Assembly: GCA_044345055.1 (NCBI GenBank)
Contig: JBIJBT010000016.1
Coordinates: 1-39,437 of the forward strand
Direction: 5' to 3'
Origin: Bdellovibrionota bacterium
Lineage (GTDB): Bacteria; Bdellovibrionota_C; UBA2361; OMIW01
Length of the DNA stretch: 39,437 nt
The notes below the pieces were generated by a model that had not been told where the DNA came from, searched no databases, and worked only from the letters and a program-made list of their open reading frames with translations. The stretch's first letter is position 1, and every line of letters begins with the position of its first letter. The position numbers were made by a program, and so were the translations under genes. Of this stretch, positions 9,400 through 18,520 are shown one piece after another.

Positions 9400-10104
9400 T
9401 CAGCTAGCACTTCGCCGTTCACTGAGCTTTCCATCACTAGACGCAATAACAACTCGATCACACAATCCGACAAATATTCCGTGCTCGACTACTCCCACTA
9501 ATGATTTAATCTTGTGAGGTAGGAACTCGTCGATCTCATCAAAACGGGCATCAACGATAAGATTTCCCGATTCAGTTATCGCTGGGCCATGTTTACCAGA
9601 GAGCCCCGATCTCAGCTCGATCTCTGTCGCGCCTAAACTTCTTAAGCTGATCCGGACCAGTGTCAGCGCTTCAGGGATAATCTCTATTGGAACTGCGAAT
9701 CGTTCACCGAGCCGCGAAACCAGCTTTGAATCATCAGCAAGTATCGTAAGGCTCTCGCAGTGGCTTGCGATAATTTTTTCCCTCAGCAGCGCTCCCCCAC
9801 GGCCCTTTATAAGCCTGAGTGAATCATCTATTTCGTCAGCACCATCAAAACCCCAAGAAATCCTTTTAGGAATTGCGTGCAACGATAAGACCGTACACCC
9901 AACGGCGGCGCAAAGGGCTGCTGATTCCATCGAAGTTGGAACAACCGTTACTCCAAATCTCTCCTTCGCCATTCGGTTACCTAATGCTCTAATAACCGCA
10001 TCGACCGTTGACCCGGTCCCGACCGCGATAATACTCTCGGGAATAATCTGCGAAGCGATAAAAGAGCCGAGCAGCTCTTTGGGGTTTGGTGTGTCTTGAT
10101 TCAT
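9400..10104 (-). CDS. rpiA: Ribose-5-phosphate isomerase A
   Basis: GTGSTV, DGADEID, IKGRGGALLREKI and GVVEHGIF motifs. Confidence 0.96.
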   Translation of the reverse strand: MNQDTPNPKELLGSFIASQIIPESIIAVGTGSTVDAVIRALGNRMAKERFGVTVVPTSMESAALCAAVGCTVLSLHAIPKRISWGFDGADEIDDSLRLIKGRGGALLREKIIASHCESLTILADDSKLVSRLGERFAVPIEIIPEALTLVRISLRSLGATEIELRSGLSGKHGPAITESGNLIVDARFDEIDEFLPHKIKSLVGVVEHGIFVGLCDRVVIASSDGKLSERRSAS

Positions 10105-10261
10105 GATGGCGACTTGGGGTGAATCTATGAGAGGTTCAAGGGTGATACGTCACCTGCTAAAAGGCAAGTTCAGATACACAAATTCAGATACAAGAGTTAG
10201 GGACACAAACCAACTAGCGATCCCTAAAAAAATATCTAATGTCTCATTAAGGCAACGCTAT

Positions 10262-11245
10262 CTACTCTGCACCTGAATTCTTCGGATCTTCTTCAAGAAA
10301 CCACTGCGCTTCGTGTTCTTCCCGAATTCGCGCTTCTTCCTCTGGAGAAATTCGCTCAATTGCGATTCGACTTGCTAATCCGACAGGCAGTTTGAGTGAG
10401 AGCGGTTCTTCATCTGTCATTGGATCGGGATTTATCGACGATTCATCTTCGAGCCCGCGATCTTCATCATCAGCTGAGAGAATTGCTACATTATCATCAT
10501 CCTTTTCTTCGTCAGGCTCGCCCGGATCTCGCTCGAGGGAACTTGCTTCCCGGAGAGATGGGAGATCAGTCAGGGCACCGAGACCGAATATCGTTAGGAA
10601 CGTGTCGGTAGTTCCGTAAAGTGAGGGATGACCTACTGATGAAGCCTGTCCGACTACCTTGACAAGACCACGCTCAAGAAGTGTCTTTAATGTAGGGGTT
10701 GAATCAACACCCCGAAGTTTGTCGATATCGCTCTTTGCAACCGGTTGTTGATAAGCAACGATCGCGAGAGTCTCGAGTGCTGGAGCGCTGAGTCGGCGAG
10801 GACGCTCCGCTTTAAGGGTTCGAATGAATGGTGAAAATGCAACCTTGGTGCGGATCTGAAATCGAGAGCCGACCTCAACGAGTTCAATACCGCTACTATC
10901 GACGGCAAGAAGAGCTCGCAGCTCAGAGAGGGCCGAGCGAATTTCATCCGGTGTAAGGTGCGTTGTTTCGGCTAATTGTTCGAGCGATACGGGATCGCTG
11001 AAAGAGATAATAAGCGCTTGCAAGAGGGGCGCTCTTTGACTCTCGGGGATTGTTGGTTGCAGGATTTCACCGGCGGAAAGTGAGCTATCGCTCTGATCAG
11101 AAGGTGAGCTATCGTCCTGATCAGACTGAGTGTTTATTATTTCAGATTCACCGATCTCGCCATCCGATGGAGCGATGTCACTCACAGCTGCTTCGAATTG
11201 AGTATCATCGTCCTGGATTTCGTTGTCGCCGTAATCACCACTCAT
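10262..11245 (-). CDS. scpB: SMC-Scp complex subunit ScpB with acidic extensions
   Basis: LSAPALETLAIVAYQQPV, IDKLRGVDS and LYGTTDTFLTIFGL motifs; ATGA overlap with scpA. Confidence 0.93.
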   Translation of the reverse strand: MSGDYGDNEIQDDDTQFEAAVSDIAPSDGEIGESEIINTQSDQDDSSPSDQSDSSLSAGEILQPTIPESQRAPLLQALIISFSDPVSLEQLAETTHLTPDEIRSALSELRALLAVDSSGIELVEVGSRFQIRTKVAFSPFIRTLKAERPRRLSAPALETLAIVAYQQPVAKSDIDKLRGVDSTPTLKTLLERGLVKVVGQASSVGHPSLYGTTDTFLTIFGLGALTDLPSLREASSLERDPGEPDEEKDDDNVAILSADDEDRGLEDESSINPDPMTDEEPLSLKLPVGLASRIAIERISPEEEARIREEHEAQWFLEEDPKNSGAE

Positions 11246-12150
11246 GCTGTCCCCCGCGCTTCGTTTTCCTCAATACCCTCCCGTCCCTCCTCGCCTCGGT
11301 CTTCCTCGGAATTAGTCTGGTCAAATTCTGAGATGAGTTCTTCAGCCGGAAGGATGCTCGTTTCTCCTGTCGCCGATGCGGCGAGTGAAATCGTAATTTC
11401 TCCGAAAACCGATGCTTGTTCTACGGTAATTGCCTGACGTTTGCATAGCTCCAAGAGCGCAAGAAAGGTCGCAATTATTGAGGGTACCGTTATGAATTCC
11501 CCAACAAGATCATTAAAGCCGAGACCGGAAGGGGAAATAGAGAGCCGTTCAATCACCTGCATCATCCGCGCGGCTATTGGCACTGAATCGGTTGTAATGA
11601 CAAGAGATCGAAGCTCGGCGGGAGTGCGATCGAGAAGTCGCCTTAGTGCTCGCCCGAGCAACAGAGCATCGTGATCACGAAGCACAGGGGGGCCTGGAGC
11701 AAAGGGCTCCGGCGTGGGGGCAAATACATCGATACCGAGCATGGGGCGCTCAGCAAGTTGTTGGGCTCCAGAACGAAATCGTTCCAGTTCGCGGAGCCGA
11801 CGCAGAAGCTCTTCCTCCGGATCTGGCCCATCGGCTTCGGTATCGAGCTGCACCTCAACCGGTTTATTGAGAAGGATTGACGATTTAATCGCAAGTAGTG
11901 TTGCGGCTACGACAAGGTATTCACCCGCGAGCTCAAAATCGAGCTCAACCGCCTCATCGAGAATCGCCATATACTGCTCGGTGACAGCTGCAAGCGATAC
12001 CTTCTCAATCGGAAGTTCATGCTGTTTTACAAGATGTAACAGCAGGTCCATCGGACCATCAAAGAGGTCGAGATTGACGGTAAAGAGGAACTGGGCCGGA
12101 TCTTCCTCACTACGTATCGTCATTCCTGTTGCCTGAGAAAGGTCGTTCAT
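11242..12150 (-). CDS. scpA: Segregation/condensation protein A (kleisin)
   Basis: FDGPMDLLLHLV, YLVVAATLLAIKS and TFLALLELCK..QASVFGEI motifs. Confidence 0.95.
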   Translation of the reverse strand: MNDLSQATGMTIRSEEDPAQFLFTVNLDLFDGPMDLLLHLVKQHELPIEKVSLAAVTEQYMAILDEAVELDFELAGEYLVVAATLLAIKSSILLNKPVEVQLDTEADGPDPEEELLRRLRELERFRSGAQQLAERPMLGIDVFAPTPEPFAPGPPVLRDHDALLLGRALRRLLDRTPAELRSLVITTDSVPIAARMMQVIERLSISPSGLGFNDLVGEFITVPSIIATFLALLELCKRQAITVEQASVFGEITISLAASATGETSILPAEELISEFDQTNSEEDRGEEGREGIEENEARGTA

Positions 12151-12397
12151 GGAGTGAAACTATTCATTTCGAGAAATCGCCGTAACCTTACACAACTAAG
12201 CAAAGGTTGTAGGCGAAATCCGCAAAAGGGCAAAAAAGCCAACTGCGCAGTTATAGTTTTCGTAATCGATATAACTGCAGAGTTAGCTGCGAAACAGGAG
12301 ACGAAGGTAAGCATCTGGTAGGAAACAGAGCCGTGAAACGAGGTTACTCGATAGCGGCGTGTGTTGTCTATGGGTTAGCTTCACGCCATTGTAACTC

Positions 12398-13246
12398 TTA
12401 CTCCGGTCGTGGATTCTGCGATCGATAGGCGTGACACAAAATTGCCGTTGCCTGAGAAACATTGAGAGAATCAATGATGCCACACTGCTCGATAGCAACG
12501 AGATGATCGGATCGTTTTAGCAGGAGTGGTTGGATGCCATCTCCCTCAGATCCGACAATAAGGAGTGTGCGGGGAGGAAGGGTAAAGCGCGAAAGAGGCT
12601 CAGCGTTGGATCCGCAGGCGGCGGAGACCACCCAAAAATTGTGCTGTTGGCACTGCCTGAGCGCATGATCAGCATTTGCAACCTCGATGAGTGGAACAAG
12701 CTCGGTAGCTCCCACTGCAGATTTTGTAACAACTGGGGTAATTCCGCAGCCCCGATTACGATTAAGAATAACACCATCAGCACCGAAGCACTCTGCGGCG
12801 CGGATTATCGCGCCGAGATTTTGGGGATCAGATATTGCATCGGGTAGAATGAGAAGCGATGGAGCATCCGGCGGAATGGCAGCAAGGAGATCGGCAAGGC
12901 TGACTGCGGATCGAGGCGCAACCCAAGCTGCGATTCCTTGATGACTCTCGGAGCCAATAAGGGCGGTCAATCGCTGCCGATCGGTATCGGAATGGACTGG
13001 CGCTGCGAATTTAAGAGACTTAATTAGAGGCGCAGAGTCCGGGGTACACCAGATCTCGAGCACTCGCTCGGGAGTAGCGCGGAGCAATTCACTCACCGCA
13101 TTCCGACCCATAACCCAATAACCAGGTCGCGTTGGCCCCCGAGCTGTCGACGAGTTCGACTCTCTCCGAGTTCGCACTGGTGCGACAGGTGAAGAATGTT
13201 CTCTCGTAGCACGCGTCTTTCCCGAATCTGAGAGCTGTTTTTTCAT
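12398..13246 (-). CDS. rlmB: 23S rRNA Gm2251 methyltransferase RlmB (TrmH/SpoU family)
   Basis: GRNAVSELL, HQGIAA, DPQNLGAIIR, GSEGDG and DSLNVSQA motifs. Start at ATG 13246 with GGAG RBS. Confidence 0.88.
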   Translation of the reverse strand: MKKQLSDSGKTRATREHSSPVAPVRTRRESNSSTARGPTRPGYWVMGRNAVSELLRATPERVLEIWCTPDSAPLIKSLKFAAPVHSDTDRQRLTALIGSESHQGIAAWVAPRSAVSLADLLAAIPPDAPSLLILPDAISDPQNLGAIIRAAECFGADGVILNRNRGCGITPVVTKSAVGATELVPLIEVANADHALRQCQQHNFWVVSAACGSNAEPLSRFTLPPRTLLIVGSEGDGIQPLLLKRSDHLVAIEQCGIIDSLNVSQATAILCHAYRSQNPRPE

Positions 13247-13439
13247 TAAGTACTCCGAATAGGTGTTCTGCCCCCAAAAATCGCCTCCATTAAACAAGAG
13301 AAACGCCTTTGTTGGGGGCGGCCATTGTAGAACAGCCCACCTTTTTGTCACAATGGCACCCGAGACCCCCTGTCACAAGTCGGCAGAAAGGCGTTGAGAG
13401 GTAAGTAGCTGGTGTTAGCAAGCCGTTTTAATTAGCTAA

Positions 13440-14654
13440 ATGCGCAGGACCGATATGGGAGAAAGCCGAGACAAAGGTGCTGACGAAGGAACGATAGTTG
13501 CCATCCAGTGTCCATCATGCAAAACAAAATTTGGAGTCGACTCCGCCGTGCTCGGTCAGGTAGCTCGCCCACGTTTTCACTGCTCGAAATGTGACACAAC
13601 CTTCTCCAAATCACTCGCCTCAATTATGACAGCGTTGTCGCGCGCCTCTGGAGGGTCGCAGCACGGTATGGCGCGTTCCGGTTCAAGAATGCAGCCGAGA
13701 ATCCACCCTCCTTTAGAGCGAACCGATAATTTTGTAGCGCCCCGTGTACCCGAACGATATCGTGATAGCGCGGCAGAGATTGTGGATAAAGCAGTCGCGG
13801 TCGAATCAGAGAAAGCGCCTTTAGCTCAAGGTGAGTTAGATACGACAAACGAGCAGAGTTTAGAGGCGATCAATCAGCCCTCACCTACCTCCATAGTAGA
13901 AGCGGGGATTTCAGAAACATCGGTCAAAGAGCAAATAGATTTAGAGACAGGGTCAGTCGAAAACGAAGTGGCTCATCGGGACGGCCGTCGTGAGGAATCG
14001 CGACTCGCCTCAGCAGACGACCACCTATCCAAGACGATTCAGGGCACCGATAAACGGACCGACAAAGTTGGAGAGAAAAATACTACTACGGTTCAACCAC
14101 CCATCTCTCAATCGAAAGGCTTCTCTCGTTCACCAAGCTCACAGATAGTCATAGCACTGTCGCCCGCAATAGTTCTGCTTCTCATTCTGGCTGGATTAAG
14201 CATCGCGATGATTCAGTCCCCCCGACAAATTGTGTCGCAGTATCCCGGAGTGTTTGAAACAGCTCTTCAGTTTCCCCCGGCGGAGCTTCAGATCCAACAG
14301 CCAGCTTTAAAGAGCTTGATGCTTGATAGCGGCGAGTCGGTTTATGTGGTGACCGGTCGGGTAATAAACCGCTCCACCGATAACTTTTCCCGCATACAGG
14401 TGCAGGCCCTTACCTTCGATGATCAAGGAACACCTCTTCAGTCCGCAATTGCAGGGGCTGGTGGAATGTTCAGCGCAGCGAGAATAAGCAGCTTTTCCGC
14501 TGAAAAAAATGCGGAGCTTCAGAAAGAATCGTTAACAGAAAAGATGTCGGCCGAATCACAAAAGGCAGCGGATTTCAGGATAATCCTTCCGCAGCACACT
14601 CCTCTCCCAGAATTTTTCTCGGTGCGAGTTTATGGTGTTGTTAAGGCTGGGTGA
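13440..14654 (+). CDS. Zinc-ribbon (MJ0042-type) / single TM / DUF3426-like protein
   Basis: CPSCKTKF...CSKCDTTF zinc ribbon, disordered linker, one TM helix, and a C-terminal V.GRVINRS beta domain. Confidence 0.75.
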   Translation: MRRTDMGESRDKGADEGTIVAIQCPSCKTKFGVDSAVLGQVARPRFHCSKCDTTFSKSLASIMTALSRASGGSQHGMARSGSRMQPRIHPPLERTDNFVAPRVPERYRDSAAEIVDKAVAVESEKAPLAQGELDTTNEQSLEAINQPSPTSIVEAGISETSVKEQIDLETGSVENEVAHRDGRREESRLASADDHLSKTIQGTDKRTDKVGEKNTTTVQPPISQSKGFSRSPSSQIVIALSPAIVLLLILAGLSIAMIQSPRQIVSQYPGVFETALQFPPAELQIQQPALKSLMLDSGESVYVVTGRVINRSTDNFSRIQVQALTFDDQGTPLQSAIAGAGGMFSAARISSFSAEKNAELQKESLTEKMSAESQKAADFRIILPQHTPLPEFFSVRVYGVVKAG

Positions 14655-14725
14655 ATCTAAGAGGCTGCGGGCAAACTAAAAAATTCTGGATGTTGCAGCT
14701 CAAAAATTACCTCTCCAAAATCCGC

Positions 14726-14950
14726 CTATTTCGCCTGTTTTTCACCCTCTGAGGCATTAGCCTTTTTATCGGTTTGGCCTGCATCTTTATCGGGGGTCAC
14801 ATCAATCGCCATGCCATCTCGATACGCCTTGCGAAAATTGCTAATTCCCAATCCGAGCCCAGAACCGAGTTCCGGGATTCGTTTAACCCCAAAAAGCAGC
14901 ACAGCAAGAAGCGCAATAACTCCTAACTCTAATCCACCAAGATTGAACAT
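14726..14950 (-). CDS. tatA: Twin-arginine translocase TatA/E subunit
   Basis: LLFGVKRIPELGSGLGLGISNFRK motif. Confidence 0.93.
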   Translation of the reverse strand: MFNLGGLELGVIALLAVLLFGVKRIPELGSGLGLGISNFRKAYRDGMAIDVTPDKDAGQTDKKANASEGEKQAK

Positions 14951-15262
14951 GATGTAGTCCCCGAATTTAAGAGGTGAGGCTCTGGTTGTATATGGCTGCT
15001 CACTGCAGACAGGCGTTACGAGCCAAGAGCCGTACTAAAAACCGATGGATCCGTTTTTAAGGACCGACTTAATTTTTACTTCAACAACCCGCCGTATTGT
15101 GCGCCCTTTATCGGTTCAAGACAAGAAAGCAGGTAGATCCAAACAACGATACTGTCAGCTGGTGTGTCTAGGGAAGAGGCGTGATACTCTTTCAGCACAG
15201 ATGATGTTCCAACTTTACTCGTCACTACCATCGCTCCTTACTGCCTGAACGGTTACGATCCC

Positions 15263-16426
15263 ATGCACTTAGCACTCCCCTCCTCATTGGGTAATCGATC
15301 TACAGGAGAGCCGATTGGGGGGGCTGCATTAATTGGGTCAATACTCATCCACGGCGTGGTCCTTATTCTTTTTGCGACAGCTCATCACGATTGGATACCT
15401 CGTAAAGCAGCTCAACCTCTTGAGGTATCCATTGTTCGTCTTCCAGAAGAATCAAAGCCTTCAATATCCGCTCAACCACCTCGTCAACAAATCATTAGTG
15501 AACCGGCTTCACCAATATCTCAACCTCCACCCGAGACTCAGCTTCGCGCGGAACGCGACCACCGTGCGGAACGAGAACAGATAGCTCGTGGAAGCGAAAA
15601 TTCAGCAACACGAGGGAAGGCAGCTCCCCCAACACAAATAAAACAGGAAAAAGCGAGACAAAGCGCAGCACGCCGAGTCGCTAATTCGGAGAAAATCGAG
15701 CGAAAACCCATTTCTCCGCAACCTGCTAAACCAGCGTTGTTACAACGTAACAAGCAAAGTAGCAATCAGGGGGAGAATCAAAAACCATCCGCGAGACCTA
15801 TCGGGCAAAGCTCTCCTAGTAAAACTGAACTTCGACTCGATCCATCCTCAATGCTCTCCCGCTTTGCGACGGATCAGGGGGGTCAGAAAGCTAAAGCGCT
15901 CTCACCGGCCGGCTCATCATCACCAGCTCGTGCAACAACGAATGACCGACTCGATGCTGCTCTTTCAATCGCAACCGGCGCTGGATCTGCGGATAATCTT
16001 TCCCGTGTGCCCGATGGTTCGGTGACAATGTTGAATGCCAAAGCCGATAGATTCGCGGTCTTTGTTCGACGAGTTGCCTACAGAGTCTTTGCGACATTAA
16101 GGGAAACAGGTTGGCAGTCCCTCTCAGCTTCTCATATTCGCGCAATTGGACGACCCGTTATCGTCATCGCTGAACTAACGCCAGCTGGACGAGTAATTAG
16201 CACCACTATCCAACAACCATCCGGTAGTAGTCGGTTCGATGGATTAGTTGAATCCGCCGTTAAGCGCTCAGTGAGCGATCCGAATCCACCCGAGGGCGCC
16301 CTCGCTGCTGATGGTCGAATTCGGTTCATTTTTCAATCACGCAGCACTGTATCGGTCGCCCCCTCCGGCGGCCAAGGTGGTCTCTCCGAGCGACGCTGGC
16401 TCGAACTCGGCACCGGCCTCGACTAG
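15263..16426 (+). CDS. TonB/TolA-family energy transducer
   Basis: N-terminal TM with S..IH, Pro/Lys-rich linker, and C-terminal domain with PSGSSRFD..V..AV...PNPP. Confidence 0.8.
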   Translation: MHLALPSSLGNRSTGEPIGGAALIGSILIHGVVLILFATAHHDWIPRKAAQPLEVSIVRLPEESKPSISAQPPRQQIISEPASPISQPPPETQLRAERDHRAEREQIARGSENSATRGKAAPPTQIKQEKARQSAARRVANSEKIERKPISPQPAKPALLQRNKQSSNQGENQKPSARPIGQSSPSKTELRLDPSSMLSRFATDQGGQKAKALSPAGSSSPARATTNDRLDAALSIATGAGSADNLSRVPDGSVTMLNAKADRFAVFVRRVAYRVFATLRETGWQSLSASHIRAIGRPVIVIAELTPAGRVISTTIQQPSGSSRFDGLVESAVKRSVSDPNPPEGALAADGRIRFIFQSRSTVSVAPSGGQGGLSERRWLELGTGLD

Positions 16427-16639
16427 GCTCTTTTTAAGAGCGATTCACGAGTCGATCTATCGGACCACCCACCTTGTTTTTTAGCGATTTCAGTATCTCT
16501 AAAAAAATTTCGAATAACATTCTGCTAAACACCAATCAATTTCCCTCTAAACGTAGACTCCAGTGATTGAATCGTGGATGAAGGTTCGACATATCGACCA
16601 AATAAAGCTAGTCTGAACCTATTAATTTTTCTCCTTCCC

Positions 16640-18520
16640 ATGTTCAAACTCTCCCCTTTTCGCTCATTCTCGAAACAAAAGCGCGAACTCCTCGCTGCAA
16701 CTGAATTTGCTCCAGTACCGCTTCATCGCGCCGTAGAACGACAGCTTCGTTTAGCTGATACCGCGCATGAGCACCCATCCCTTCGCGCTAAAAAACCGTG
16801 GCACCTCTTTTGGTATGCCCTCTCGGAGAATCGAGAGCTTATTTTAGAGGCGGTTCTTTGGTATGGGCTGAGCGCTATTGCAGTTTTGGGGGCGGTTTTT
16901 TTTGCGCGGGACACCATTCAACCTTCAACCAATATCTGGACCGGTGTTGGCTTGGCAATTGGGTATCTGCTTCTAAAATTATTTCAAGCCGGAATCGATT
17001 ACCGGAACTCAAACCTTGAAAGACAGATTCATCGAGGGCTCCAGCTTGCGCTGTTTCGATGCTTGAATACAAAGCTGATCCGTATTGGGCCTGCGGGCCG
17101 AGCGAAGTTCACGAAGGGGCAGTTAAAGACTTTGGTGGGATCGGATGTTGGAGCGATTGAGGATTTCCTGAGCAGTGCGCTATACCAGTTCGTTCCCCTC
17201 TTCGTCTCCTCGATAATTCTAATTCCGATGCTCTATATTATCTCGGGAACAATAGGGCTAATCGGGCTTGGAGTCATGTTTCTCATTGTGCCGATGGCGT
17301 CTATTGGCGCGTGGATTATTGAGATGATTCAGAGGCGATCTTTAGCGGAGCAGGACCAATTATCAACGACCGTCGGTGAGTGGGTTAAAAATATTCGCCT
17401 AGTCCGATTTTTGGGTTGGAGCGATGCTGTCGAGCGAAATGTCGGCGAGATCTTGAGACGGCTAGTGCGATGGACCGGTTTGCGTGGAGGTGTGCTTGCG
17501 GGGGTGTATGCAATCACTCATTCGTGGTCGATAATGCCTCTAATTACTATTATTTCTATTTCATCGCTACAAGAAGTTCCCCTTAATCTCGTCGATGTTT
17601 TTTCCTCTTTTTGGCTCCTTGAGCCAATTTATGGACGAATTCAAGGAATTCCAATATCTCTTACCCGATTCGGCGCAGCCGTAGCAGGAGCGCATCGCCT
17701 GATCGCTCTTCTAGCGGAAGCTGATATTGAGGAGTCGATAAAAGGAGCACCATCGGATGGTCCAATACCACGACAACAACCAAATCGAATCAGCCTCCGT
17801 AACCTGTCGGTAAACTTTAACGGCACAAAAGCTCTTGATTCTATATCCCTAGAACTCCGGTTAGATCAACGCACCGCAATCGTTGGTTCGGTAGGAGGGG
17901 GCAAATCAACCCTTCTAGAGGTTCTCGTTGGCGAGCTACCACCAACCTCCGGGGAGATACTAGTCGGTTTTCCGAGTCGATTGCACCCACTGTGGCGCAC
18001 CGATATCTATCACTGTTGGCGAAGTGCCGTAGCCTATTCACCGCAACAGCCGTTCCTCTCAAACACATCTCTTCGCGACAATCTCGATATCTCCGGCCAC
18101 CACTCCGCAGAAGAGGTAGAGATGGCAATAGCTGCTTCGCAGCTTCATGACGATCTCATACTTTTTCCTCGCGGCCTCAGCGAGGAGATCGGCGAATCGG
18201 GAATAAACCTATCGGGCGGACAAAAGCAAAGGGTAAGTTTAGCACGCGCCTTCATATCGCAGCGCTCGGTGATGATTCTTGATGATCCCTTGAGCGCGGT
18301 TGATCCCAAAACAGAGAATCTACTCATGGATGCGATTCTCGCCCACGGCAAAGGGGTTATCTTAGTATCGCACCGACTCGCGGAGCTTGAACGGTGCGAT
18401 CGGGTTCTTGTCCTTGAAGAGGGACGCATCGTCGAAGATGGGAATCCACAAACACTCGCGGCTGATCCTGAGTCACGTTTCTTTGCGTTTTTAAAGGCGG
18501 TGGAGGGACATGGAGGCTGA
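16640..18520 (+). CDS. ABC exporter TMD-NBD half resembling ABCC/MRP NBD1
   Basis: Walker A GSVGGGKST, AYSPQQPF, EIGESGINLSGGQKQRVSLARA and Walker B LDDPLSAVD. Start could be 16574 or 16640. Confidence 0.88.
   Translation: MFKLSPFRSFSKQKRELLAATEFAPVPLHRAVERQLRLADTAHEHPSLRAKKPWHLFWYALSENRELILEAVLWYGLSAIAVLGAVFFARDTIQPSTNIWTGVGLAIGYLLLKLFQAGIDYRNSNLERQIHRGLQLALFRCLNTKLIRIGPAGRAKFTKGQLKTLVGSDVGAIEDFLSSALYQFVPLFVSSIILIPMLYIISGTIGLIGLGVMFLIVPMASIGAWIIEMIQRRSLAEQDQLSTTVGEWVKNIRLVRFLGWSDAVERNVGEILRRLVRWTGLRGGVLAGVYAITHSWSIMPLITIISISSLQEVPLNLVDVFSSFWLLEPIYGRIQGIPISLTRFGAAVAGAHRLIALLAEADIEESIKGAPSDGPIPRQQPNRISLRNLSVNFNGTKALDSISLELRLDQRTAIVGSVGGGKSTLLEVLVGELPPTSGEILVGFPSRLHPLWRTDIYHCWRSAVAYSPQQPFLSNTSLRDNLDISGHHSAEEVEMAIAASQLHDDLILFPRGLSEEIGESGINLSGGQKQRVSLARAFISQRSVMILDDPLSAVDPKTENLLMDAILAHGKGVILVSHRLAELERCDRVLVLEEGRIVEDGNPQTLAADPESRFFAFLKAVEGHGG

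Noticed and set aside
11080..11127. 24-nt tandem repeat in scpB
   Set aside because: In-frame duplication within a low-complexity acidic N-terminus; only two copies.
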